A program made the translations under genes and the position numbers. A DNA stretch of 63,529 nucleotides, filler included, from Bigelowiella natans CCMP2755 (Eukaryota > Protista > Cercozoa): assembly GCA_000320545.1 (NCBI GenBank). It is 7 parts of 7 records of this genome, joined end to end, with 100 filler letters (N's around TTAATTAATTAA, not from the genome) between each part and the next. Parts side by side here need not be neighbours in the genome. Positions count along the whole stretch, not along the records: positions 37,763 to 52,235 come from ADNK01000612.1; 6 more parts are not named here. One strand, given 5' to 3'. Below the pieces are notes generated by a model that saw nothing but the letters and a program-made list of their open reading frames with translations, had not been told where the DNA came from and did no database searches. Below, in pieces: positions 40,087-52,335 of the stretch; positions within the stretch are counted from its first letter, which is position 1, and the number at the start of each line of letters is the position of its first letter.

Positions 40087-41412
40087 GTGCGTCTGCATGT
40101 ATGCGTGTACGTATGCATGTATGCAAGCTGCATCATGTTTCGATATTATGGTGCTTTTAACACGTGTGCAGCCAGGTGTTAGTTCCGATTTATCCCTACA
40201 TCAATATTCAAATATACCTATATATACCTATATTCTGTTCGTGGCGCATGATCGTGCATGCACGATAGCGCCAGGGCTAATCCACGATAATTTGGCGGCA
40301 GGTCACCTCGGTGCAAGGAGGCGTCGCATTCTGCTAGTTTAGATATGTTGATGACTCGTCAGCCCTCATCACAGCAGAAAATATCTATTGCATTGCTAGT
40401 CTTTAATTATGTGTGTATATGTGAGTGTCTGTGTGTGTGTGTGTGTTTGTATGTACATTGCGCATACGACATGGCACCTCACTGATAGTCTGCTTTTATG
40501 TTCATTCCATATCTTTCATCATGGAACAAGCAAACTGCGACGAGTATTCTTATTTGTGATGATGTTGACATCCCATGTACTGATGTATGAGCACGATGTA
40601 CATGATTTCAAAATTAAACGTAGCATCGATCAGCCAGTTAATGTTCTGCGTTGTTGTGTTATAATATGTATGTGTGATGCCGCGTGCATCATATAGCATC
40701 TGCTGCCTGTGCTACGTACAGCTGCCATGTGCAGGGCTGCTAAATATGTGCCATTAATTGTAACATGCAGAAATGATTTGCATCATTTATTGTCTATCTA
40801 GCTTGACTACTAGCATATGCAAACTAAGCTGTCAAGAGACCGAAAGTGTCACGTAACATATGCCACCTGCATGTGCTATGTACATTCTATAACATACGTG
40901 CACTGCTACTAGACTGCATGCACACATATATGTGGCTGTACTACGTATGTATCGTAGTGCAGTGCGTGTGACAGACACCATGAAAGTGCACGTGCGGCAG
41001 TCCGCACACAGTAAACATGGGACTCAAATGAGGTGGCTGCTGCTTACATGCAGCATGGTGCGTTGCCGCCATTCCATCATTCCATACGTACGTACCGCTG
41101 CACAACTGCATGTGTGCACATGTAGCTACCGTTCTAGCGTAGCAGGAGTGCATCGTAGTAGCTGCAAAAGGTTTGATGTACATGAGTGGGCAGGTATCAA
41201 GATGTAGTTGAACTTATGTAATCTGTAAATAGGCTACAGCTAAGCGCATGTTGTAGAGCTGTTACACATTCTAGATGTTGATGCAGCCAGTACAGTAGCA
41301 CGTATCTATACTAATAGATGTGCAGACGTGATGAAGACCCGTAAGTAGAAGAGATTAGACTTTCACATAAATCCTGCTCCATGGAACACAACCAATGTAC
41401 AGGACGGGAGTT

Positions 41413-41948
41413 TTATGACACCTTGAATGTGACGACATCGAGTTCCTTGATTCCATAATACCTGACGATCAAGTGAGAGGAGAAGGAAAGTGACAGAAAA
41501 CACTTGTGATATACTGCGTGACTCTCGAATAAAAAGTTTGAATTTATTAGAAATCATCCTCTATAGTAAAATATCGGCCATTAATGCCTCCTGTCAAATA
41601 ATTCAGAAATGCAAAAAGTTTTTTTTTAAATTCTCTCTCCAATATCAAACATACCCGACAGTGTTGTCGTTGAAGAGGACCTCCCCCATCATCCGTACTT
41701 CGAATTCGCACTGACCATGATCAAAATTCGTGCACAAACCACCATACCGCAGGAACACGAGTATAAGTAATAAGAACATGCACAACGCCACTCAAACGAA
41801 GCCCAGCAGTTTTTTTTTATTGATTTGTACATAATTGGGAGAGTAAATTCGCACAGATACTCTCACACGTATACAGTATGCACTCCCATGCATAGTGTAT
41901 CTAAACACATAAATTATAATCATGAGTGTGCGATTGTCCATGCTTCCT

Positions 41949-42036
<88 letters not shown>

Positions 42037-42557
42037 TGTGTGCATGACGCATGTGGCTCATATATATAATACATCGACTCCCTCCATTCCTCGCTTCTTC
42101 TGCAAGAGCTCTTTCATCTCAGCGATTGTTGTGAACCCATTGACCTCTAAGTAAATTTTTGGATTTTAGGTAATGCACTTTGAAGCCTAGCGAAAACATT
42201 ATGGTGATGAAGCTTACGTATCACCAATCGTGTAGTCCTCTTTCCCTGCGTAGTTCACTACACGCGCTATGATAGTGAACGCTAAGTTTGGAGGAGGACC
42301 TAACGATTTTAAATTTTCTAGTTTTAGAAAAATTTGACATCCGTTTGGCCTGATATTATAATTAATTTAACCGATGTCGCGAGCTTGACAGCAATTTCCC
42401 ATATTTTGTTGGTAATGTCTGGATTGGGTAATATCAGCTTACAGATATCAACTCTGTAGCGATAATTCAGAAAGACAGTCAGATGACAAGCTATGGGAAA
42501 CCCTTGCGGAAATTGGATTGGGGGCAGCTGAGAGCAAAACCGTTCTGGGTTCATCAT
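41413..42557 (-). CDS. Small ubiquitin-like-domain protein without C-terminal GG, multi-exon
   Basis: WEIAVKLATS|GKRTTRL|VNGFTTIAEMKELLQKKRG..|CEFEVRMMGEVLFNDNTVG|YYGIKELDVVTFKVS-stop aligns along the whole ubiquitin fold. The start codon is tentative. Confidence 0.65.
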
Positions 42558-42575
42558 GTCACTTGGTGGACAATC

Positions 42576-43488
42576 GCGCATGGGAAAACGTGAACAAGAC
42601 ACCAGCAATAATGTACATTTTTCGAAATAAAGTGTTACTATCCCACATCTCCCCCAGACCCCCCCTCGGTCTACCCGCCCACCTCCTAAGAGTAAACTCT
42701 TCTTCGTCTTTTCTAGATAAACGTGTCCAGGGTAAGCAGGCACGCTCTTTTTATTAGTTAAAATTCATGACAATTACGGACTGCGACAAGCCCCACACGC
42801 CCTCAAAGTGGTGGTTTTAGGATGACTCATGTAGCTGCGAATTCGCCCAGCCGTTTCCAAAAATCGGAAAACATCGGGGCGAATGCTCTGTTTTGATCCC
42901 TGCGACATGCGAAGCGGCCGTTTGAGCTTGTTGCCAATAGGCCATTTTTCTCAAGTCGCCAAAGATTGGCGCAGGGACACCGATGACCCTGATGGGGAAC
43001 CAAATCCAGTGCAATGCAGCCCGACATCTGTGCGGATGAGTCTGGCATCATGGAACAGCTGACCAACACTGGTCTGCCGTGAAGTCCTCGCATCAGCTCG
43101 TTCATGAACACGATCTGTGCTCGCTGTGCTTTGTGGACGACACCACGTGCCGTGAATCACGACGATGGACGACCAGTGCCAGAGGCGAACCAACTTCTCA
43201 GCGTGCAGCACAAGCGCCACGTGTGTGGCACACGTGTCACAACGATCAAAATCAAATCAAATCAAACGGAATCAAAGGGTTGCGAAGCTGATCGAACATC
43301 ATCCATTGCACTCGAGGCACTGCGTTTCGCACTTTCCAGCTTTGCGAGTGTCGTGCAACACTTTTGTCCGCACGATGGAAACTTTCGCCAAACTCTTTCG
43401 CTGGGGGAAAAGACAGGGTGGCAACACGTTGCATTGTTTGGGAAAATCTGCATCATCACTGGTGTCTTGTTCACGTTTTCCCACGCGC
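42576..43488. repeat. Inverted repeat pair 42576-42657 and 43401-43488
   Basis: Identical 25-bp core TGGGAAAACGTGAACAAGACACCAG (42581-42605; reverse complement at 43459-43483) with alignable flanks. Confidence 0.9.
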
Positions 43489-44695
43489 AAGCAGCAAGTG
43501 AAGGTGAGAATTTCAGAACTCTCACGGTTGGTCTGGGCCAGTCCAGCAGTGGGCACCGCGTGAAGGAAGACAAACTTTCTCTGACACTTTGCAAGCTCAA
43601 AGTGGGCAAAGTTGTGACTGCTCAGACACTCCCATGATCAGCTTCAAGAAAATCTCGACCGCAAGAACCTCAACTTCTGGGCTTCACAGTTTGGGACGCT
43701 GGTGGACAGGACAAAATCCGCACGCGACCCAGCACGTCCAGAATTCCACCACTGTGTCTCTGGTGTCCATCTTGTGCACAATCTGCGACAATTTGTGCTG
43801 TGCATGAAGCTGTGAAACTGTTGCCTGCGGATTTGAAACGTGAACTGCACGTGCTGCGTGCACACTCTGCTCAGTCCTGTGCTTGTTGCGCGTGCACAGC
43901 GACGACCTCTGCGCACGCGAGCACGATGCAACGTGCAAACAAGTGAACAACAATGATGACGTGCAGTTGTCAGTTCAAAATTGCCATGCACATCACGCAC
44001 ACAATGTGCACAGTGCACGTCCACGTGTGTTTGCGCAATGATGCACGCACGTTCATTCCTCGATTGCAGCGTCGGTCTTTTCCCGGTGAAGGAGGTGATC
44101 GTTCAATTCACTCATGCATGCAATTGCTAGCTTCCACAATGTCTTCAGCATCCATCACTTTGCCGTCCATGTTTTGCAAGGTGATGCCGAGCCCATGCCT
44201 CAAGCTGTGTGAACAACGTCAAACGAGGACAACTGAAGCTGCCTGCACTTGAACGCACCCACCTTCTCACGTTCGTCAATTGGCACACTGTTTTTCGATT
44301 GCTTCCTCTCTTTCTCCCGCTCAAGGAAAAGATTGCACTGGAAGCTCTCAATGAATTCATGAAGCATTTCAAACTCATGAGCGAGACAGCCATGCACGCG
44401 AGACTGCACACGTCCCTGGCTGGCTGGGTCCACTCACTTCAGCAATTGCAAAGAGATTTTTTTTTCCCCAAAAGCAACCGTGATCTCTGCATTCGGTCCT
44501 GGAACGAAATCCACAATGGGCTTTTGGTCTCGGTCTGGTTGGGACCATTCTTCTTCTTTTTCTTCTTCTTCTTCTTTTCTTCCTGAGGGTGAACACCCCG
44601 TGTTCGCATCTTGTGCAAGCCGGTGGAACCGGGTTTGTGGTGTTGAAGAAAGTGCGTCATCGAACTTTCTTTGTCGCACAAGAAGGAGGAAGCCT
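42940..44695. other. TpA-free island (hypermutated duplicated/captured sequence)
   Basis: By hand, there is a single TA (in CTAG at 44127-44130) in 1756 bp. CpG, AA, TT and AT remain common. Confidence 0.92.
43584..43721 (+). pseudogene. Decayed ARF-family GTPase fragment
   Basis: TLCKLKVGKVVT...PMISF...DRKNLNF...FTVWDAGGQDKIR versus ARF1 [20 protein letters not shown]...EYKNISFTVWDVGGQDKIR, with frameshifts. Confidence 0.88.
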
Positions 44696-45238
44696 TAGTT
44701 ACCATTTTTCATCTGGGTGCCGACAGATTTGGGAAATCCTTCTATTTTTCTCTTCTACCGAGACACCGTGCAACTAAAATCCGCACAATCATTATCCTAG
44801 CATCGAAGCGATTTTATGTGATTCAAAAATGTGAAAAGCATGTACGAGTCATTACGTAAAAATCTCATTTTTTTTCCGGATCGGGTTCAAAATTACTCGA
44901 AACAAGAATCAAGAAACAAGATGATCGAACACTTGTTGGGAAAAGTCTTATTTCTTTGGGGATTTCGGTCCTTGTCGCGCAGTGAAGCTCCCCTGCTATT
45001 TTAATAAGCTCTAAAACGGGATTTATTGCCTCCAGCCTTGCCCGCCCACCAGTCGACGTCGACGCTTTCATTTGGCGACGGTAAGCAACACTCCTGTAGT
45101 TGGGTGGCTCAAGTTCGTTCAACATCTTGCCTTTTCTGTGGGAACAGTACGAATGATGAAGTTGTGGATTTGGTGTCATTTTATTAGTAGGCTGGGGGCC
45201 ACCACGTGCTCATGATAAAGCCACGTCACCGTACCGAG

Positions 45239-46675
45239 ATGGGTGCAAGGCGCGTCCTCATGGGGATGGCAACGATGACGACGATGGTGACAATGGCTTT
45301 GCTGTCTATATTTCTTGCGGTCGGCTTGGTTTTGGTGCCGAAGCAGTGGACGGGCTCCATCCTTTCGGTAGAACGCTTTCACCACCTCCAACCACAGGTT
45401 TGTGTGTTTGTCTGTCTCTTTTCCTTCTCCTCCCCCTCCTTACCCTCTTCCTCCTTCTCTACAACAGTCCATCGTGTTGCGCCAACATCACCAGCTACCC
45501 GTCTCGCAGCTTTCCTTCTCCCGCCGTCCCCTCCTCCTACGCGTATCTGCTGCCGATTGGGAACAGAGAGCGCGGTCACGGGACGCGAAGAAGGCGAGTC
45601 AGATGAAGAAGAAGACAGGGGCAGGAAGTGCCTCCCACACTAGCAGGCCTTCCACCGCAACTAGTACGAGTAATAGTGGCAGCAATCGCCCTCCTCCTTC
45701 TTCTTCTCGTAGCCGCTTCAGCAGCAGTAAAAAAAACAGGGCAAACAAGCAGGATAAGCGGACAACAGAAGCCGAGGAGGACATGCGAAACGCTATTCGG
45801 TCGATGGAGAAATACGAGCAGCAGCAGCAGCAACAACGACAGCAACAACAACCACAACGGGGAATACCAGGGGGCGGGAAACACAAGGGGTACTATCAGC
45901 AGCAAGCACAGCCGCAGGGAATTGCTGGCAGCATCAACAGCGCCGCCTCCTCCTCCTCCTCCTCCTCAACCACCATGCGGCGTATGGCCGATGGTAAGGT
46001 TGCTGACGAAGATGTAGATGCTCGGACAGAGGAGACCCTTGAGTTTCCCGTGCTCCGAACCGCTCTGATGCAGAGATGCAAGACTTATCGAGGACAGGGA
46101 CTCGCCCTTTCGTGTAGGAACACACACTATCATCTCTATATCCTAAAACCAAACACCCGATTGAATGAGATCCTCATCCTCTTCCTCCTCCTCCTCCTCC
46201 TCCTTTATTACGTAAGGTCTCGAGGATGGGGCAACTTCGAAAGAGGAGGCTATCAAGCTCTATCAACCCGTCGAGGAGCTCATTCGTCTCGGCGGAGGTA
46301 GTAAGCAGGACTGACTGCGACTCTAAACAGCGCACATACGCGCACTCAAACGCGTATGTACAAGAGACGCATGCTCGGCTTTATAAATCCTGAGAATGAT
46401 ACGTGCGGATGGCATCGTTGCGCTCATTCCTTCTCTTTGACACAGGGGAAGTTGTGCCTGTGCGGGGTTCCATCTACATTGACCCTCTTTTGGAGAAAGT
46501 GCGAGATAGGTTTCCCCTCGAACTTGAGGAATTGGCGGCCGTTGGGGAAGGTAGAGCAGCCACTGTCACCCGCCAACATGTTAATTACGTACTTCCCAGC
46601 TCTCCTATTATTTGCTGCTGCTGATTACTACTGCTGCTACTGCTGCCGTCGTGCATCCTAATCGCGTAGTCGTTG

Positions 46676-46711
<36 letters not shown>

Positions 46712-46712
46712 G

Positions 46713-46748
<36 letters not shown>

Positions 46749-46765
46749 TTACATATATGGATGTG

Positions 46766-46802
<37 letters not shown>

Positions 46803-47343
46803 GTGGTGGTGAATTCACAGCTCTAGGAGAACTCGGAATATTGCAAGATTGGATTATGGAGGTGCTTCTGCTGTCGCCATTGTCGTCATTCGTCGTTGTG
46901 CATTCTCATCGTAGAATTGACATTAGAAGCAGCAGCAGCAGCAGTAGCAGCAGTAATCTCAATAAATCATTATCGGAAACACTGATATGTCAATATATAT
47001 ATATATATATATATATATTATACATATTATATATACACACATCATCATCACCATTATATGTCCCCCTTCTTCTATCTCGCTTCTTGGCGCAATCGCAGAA
47101 TAATTTGTTCTTCGCTGCTCTAATGTGTCTTACTCCTGTTTTTATTCTTCTTTTTCTTCTTCTTCTGGTTGGTGATGATGTAGCTGCGAGAATCGTCCTC
47201 CTCCTCCTCCTCCTCCGCTTCATCATCATCATCATCGGTTCCTGATACACCAGCACTACAGGAGGTGTGTAAGGACCTGCTCAAGCTAGATTCTAATCTA
47301 AGAGGTAGGCTCCTCGTGGTGCTAATAGGCGGGCTTGCTGTAA

Positions 47344-47379
<36 letters not shown>

Positions 47380-48585
47380 AGAGAGAGAGAGAGAGAGATA
47401 GAGAGTGAGAGGGTGCTTCTCATTTTCAGATGTGAAGTACTTTCATTATTTTCCATTCATTTTGCTAAGCAGTTACATTTGACTCAATCATCCTCCCCCC
47501 CCCCTGCTCCTCCGTCTCCTGACCAATCTCCCCCCCACCCCCCCCCTTTTCTCTAGAACTATTTGAGGGTGCATTTGAAGGAGAACACCTCTCTTCGGTT
47601 AGTGGAGGAAACAAATCCTTTTGTATGGTTTCAAGTGTTGCGCAAACCGTCCTTCATACAATGCAATCATCACCATTGGCCATCTCCATAATACCAGCTT
47701 TCTTCCTCCTTCCTTATCTCTTTCCTCGATTAGGTTAAGTTCCCCCAACTGAAGTCCCTCCAGAAGAAGATCGACACCTCGGAGAAGGCCATCCGTGAGT
47801 GCATGCACGTGTAGTAGAGCAAATTTGTGAAGGGCCGTTCATGCCCCCTCTCCCCCCATCCCTCCCGCCCCGTGAGCCGAAAAGAACTGCCGCCTTAATG
47901 GTTTGCGTCACAAGGCAAATCTTCAAAGCATGCTTTATCGATACGTTTACTTGCGGTTTGCGCATCTTGCGTTGGCATTCTCTCTTCTTCTTCTTCTTCT
48001 TCTTCTTCTTCTCCTCGACTCTACTGGATGTGTCATTCTGCTAAAAACTGTTGTACGACCCCGTTTTGCCGTCCGGCTGCTTTGCATCATCGCAGGAAGG
48101 CAGATGGATTCGCTGCTCAAATCGAAGGACTTTGATGGTTGCACAACACCTCACAGATAGTAGTTGCGTGCGTGCAATATTGATATCCTCAGTCCAAATT
48201 GGGTCGATTGCGTGGGGGATATTCACAAACAGCGGGGTTATCTGCCGTCCCTAATCTTTCACTTTCATGGGGAGCATCTATCTCCATCCCCCCCCCCCCC
48301 CCCTCTCCCAGCTACTTCCTCCTCTCTTTGAGGATGATGGTTTGTGTGGCTGAACGTCGCATCGCTACACCGTTTTGATGTCAGGAATGCTGGAGAACAA
48401 CTCCGTGGACCGCATAAATGGCCGATTCGTTTTGTGTGTGAAACCCAACTACAAGCGCCGTGTTGGTAATTTGTATGTAGGGATGATGGGCTGCTAGGGT
48501 GGCTACTATCATCGTCATTATCGTCGTCGCCATCGTCAACCAAACATCTCCATCACTATTACCTGATTATTATCATGCTTCCTTT

Positions 48586-48649
<64 letters not shown>

Positions 48650-48746
48650 ACGAAGGCATCGCACACGATAGCAGCCGCAGTGGAAAGTCCCTCTTCATCG
48701 AGCCGTTTCAAGTAGACTAATATACATCTGATATATACCTCCCTTT

Positions 48747-48805
<59 letters not shown>

Positions 48806-49061
48806 ATTATACATATAATATGTGTGTATATATAATCATAACCATCAACATTACGAAGAGTGTCAATAACTAAAGGAAATCGCCTTTTGTTGTCGTCGTT
48901 GTCGTCGTAGGTTGTGGAGGCGACGAATGAGCTCACGGACGCGCAAAGGGAACTCCGCATGGAAGAGTCAAAGATCCTCTCCAAGATGCAGGTCGTTGCT
49001 ATTCTCCCCCTCCCCCCTTCCCAAGAAATATTTACTCCTTTTTTGTTTCTTGCACACATCT

Positions 49062-49099
<38 letters not shown>

Positions 49100-49258
49100 G
49101 ATTCTATCTTTCTCTTCTCTTTTTCTCTGCGCGCGCTAAATGATGTTCCACGATGATCCCTCCTCCTCCTCCTCCTTCTGCTACTGCACAGGCCCAGCTC
49201 TTAATCAACTCGAAGGCAGTGTCAGAAGCGGTAGTAGTATATAGTAGTATGTGGTGTG

Positions 49259-49290
<32 letters not shown>

Positions 49291-49441
49291 TAGAAGCGTG
49301 TGTGTATGAATGCATAGATTCGTGCAGATGGCCATGGAAGTGAAGTAATAGGAACGTTTTTTCGTGTGTCTCTTGAGAATCAACGACGCGTTTTCCTGCA
49401 CAATTACGCATGCACAAGCTCACTGTAACATTTTATACTTG

Positions 49442-49486
<45 letters not shown>

Positions 49487-50060
49487 GGTCTCTCTCCATC
49501 TTCACCCCCCCCCCCCCTCCCTGTGACTCTCTCGCCACAACCACGGTAAAACAAATAGATCGGGGCTGCTGGAGCGCTGGATCTCTGTCGCGCAAATCCT
49601 CTGCTAGCGCTGCGTGGGGTGGACGTTGTTCCGAATCAAGTGGAGATTAACGCAACGTACCCAGGTGCTGTGCTGCTGCTGCTGCTGCTGCTGAATCTTC
49701 TCTCGGGCGAGCGCCGGCGAGAACAACAAATATCATCAAAAGAAAGCAACACCGCCGTCGGCGGTGTTGCCACGGCGAGATCTTTGGGCGTGTCTCCATG
49801 GCACAGCCGTTGTTTGATGTGAGCGAGTGTATACCGTGGGGTGGTGATGCGAATGCACCGGTGCTTTTGGGGTTGATTTGGTAATTTACCCTGTTTGTTT
49901 GTTTGATGACGCCCTCGTCTCTGTTTCTATCTCTGTCTACTATTGTCCTCCTCTCCCCCCTCCTCCTCCTCCTCAGGGCTAATCATCACGGGTCCTAACG
50001 CGGGAGGGAAAACCATCATCCTTAAATCGCTCGGACTGTCAGTCACTAGCAAAAGCAGTA

Positions 50061-50093
<33 letters not shown>

Positions 50094-50210
50094 GAGGAGG
50101 AGGAGGAGGAGGAGGAGGAGGAGTGGCTATGCGCGAAAATACACATTATTCTCAATACGGCTTCTTGTCCTCCTTCTCCGTCTCAAGCACACTTGTTATC
50201 GTCATTGTCG

Positions 50211-50242
<32 letters not shown>

Positions 50243-50374
50243 GCTCTGCTGCTGCCTGCTGCAGATACGCTTTAATGACGCGAGTCGGCATCCCTCTGCC
50301 CTGTGAAAAGGAGGGGACGAGAGTGGACCTATTCCGCACGGTGGTGGCTAGCATCGGCGACTCGCAGACTGCAG

Positions 50375-50412
<38 letters not shown>

Positions 50413-50738
50413 CTTAAGGATTATGATGATATTGTTGTTGTTGTTTCCAGCCCGCGCTGCCTTTTGCAACTAGAAAGAACGAGAGAACGTGAATGGGAAG
50501 AAGAAGAAGAAGAAGAAGAAGAAGAAGAAGCAGAAAAATGTTAGGGAAAAGAACGGCTTGAAGATATATGCTCACACTCTTCACCCCTCCTCCTCCTCCT
50601 CCTCTGATTGTCGTATCTTTGTATCACCAACAGGTGATCTTTCGACTTTTAGTGGCCATCTTTCCGTGTGGGACAACGCCCTCAAGAGGGCTGACGAGAG
50701 CACTCTCCTTCTCATGGATGAAATGGGAACGGGTAGTA

Positions 50739-50777
<39 letters not shown>

Positions 50778-51024
50778 ATAGTAAGAGTAGGAGTAGTCAC
50801 GATTGCGAGCTTGCCTATCGTCCTAGAAATAGACTTGCTAGAGAGGGGGGGGGGGGAGGGGGTCAGAGAGTTTACCTTCGTTTAAAACACTGCTACTGCT
50901 GCTGCTGCTACTGAAGTGTAGTTTGTGAATGCATTGGTATGGTGAAGGTACGGACCCTACCCAAGGGGCAGCCCTTGCACAAGCGATGATGGAAGCTTAT
51001 GCAGACGAAGGAGCGCGGTCATTA

Positions 51025-51066
<42 letters not shown>

Positions 51067-51072
51067 GAGAGA

Positions 51073-51109
<37 letters not shown>

Positions 51110-51670
51110 GTGGTGCAACAACATTTCTACACGCATTGTGAGCTGATAGATGATATCTGCGAGAAGAGAGAGCACAGAAGACACGTTTTGGTAGTACGTG
51201 CTATTAACAATGACAATTATGGTGATTACATCCTTCAGGCTCGTCGTGACCACGCACTACTCACAAATCAAACAGTAAGGGCCTTGAGTCCTCGACGATG
51301 TTGATCGCATTGCCATATGTGCCGTTCGTTGTTGTTGGTTTTCATCTCACATTTCGCTCTATCATCAACAATTACCTCCGCAAGGGAACGATGGAGGGGG
51401 GCCTGATTTTCTATGAAGCCCCCCTCTTAGATAGCTGATGCTACACTAAGTATATGCCGCGACATTCACATCTATCGAATGCATCCGCCCCATCAGATTT
51501 GCTGCCTCGGATGAGCGTTTCTCGGTGTCTGGAATGATGATTGTCAATGGGCGACCGACGTAAGGAGAAGAGGGAGAAGGAGAAGAAAGAGAGATTAAAA
51601 CGAGATGAGAGCCGTGTTATCGTCATCATCCGTAGTATCATCATCGTACACACACGCGCGCGCACACACA

Positions 51671-51709
<39 letters not shown>

Positions 51710-52127
51710 GTAATTTAAATATACACATACACATATAGGTACCACATGACCCCGGGCTTCGCTTCTGAGTCGCACGCAATATCGATTGCGGAACGCTTGC
51801 AGATGCCTGACAACGTGATCGAACGAGCCAAGAGCTTGATTGGTAAGTGCTACAGCAGCCAGCAGCAGCAGCGGTGCAGCAAAGATATTAGCTGCCAACT
51901 GATAACACCGCCCCTTTTTACGCCTTCTATCCTGATGCACACCGATTCGTTACTGGTTCTTCTGCATCCCCCTACCCCCCACCCCCCACCCCCCCCGATT
52001 TAATGTCGTCCACCATGCCGATGCTGTGCCCAGACGAGAATACGCGCGAGATGCTGACGTTAATGGAGCAGCTGCAGGACGCAAGCGACAAGGCTAAAGG
52101 CAAGGAAGACGACCACTCAAAGCAGCA
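45239..52127 (+). CDS. MutS2-family ATPase with signal-like leader (probably plastid), multi-exon, truncated by gap
   Basis: ETLEFPVL, GLIITGPNAGGKTIILKSLGL (Walker A), ASIGDSQ, DLSTFSGHL, LLLMDEMGTGTDP.KGAALA, VVTTHY, PGFASESHAISIAERLQMP. The N-terminus is hydrophobic. Confidence 0.92.
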
Positions 52128-52235
52128 AGTATGCATGCTGCGGGAGACTATATCGATGTTGATGCTTTTGCCACTGCTAGTGGAGGGGGTGTTTTCCGAT
52201 GCATGTGTATGCTGTGCAGACTTTCTATATCGCTG

Positions 52236-52335
52236 NNNNNNNNNNNNNNNNNNNNNNNNNNNNNNNNNNNNNNNNNNNNTTAATTAATTAANNNNNNNNN
52301 NNNNNNNNNNNNNNNNNNNNNNNNNNNNNNNNNNN
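52236..52335. other. Artificial assembly spacer
   Basis: N-run with TTAATTAATTAA. Confidence 0.97.

Noticed and set aside
42940-44695. CpG-methylation decay or classical RIP as the cause of TG/CA excess
   Set aside because: CpG remains common and TA is absent. RIP would increase TA, and the ARF Tyr codons show loss of TA.
42817-44777. Dense six-frame ORFs suggesting a gene or stop-codon reassignment
   Set aside because: The same TA-depletion artefact. Neighbouring real genes use TAA, TAG and TGA stops normally.
8683-52127. Functional cluster of genome-maintenance genes (MCMBP, DTL, YEATS4, MutS2)
   Set aside because: The genes lie on different contigs separated by linkers and are interspersed with unrelated genes.
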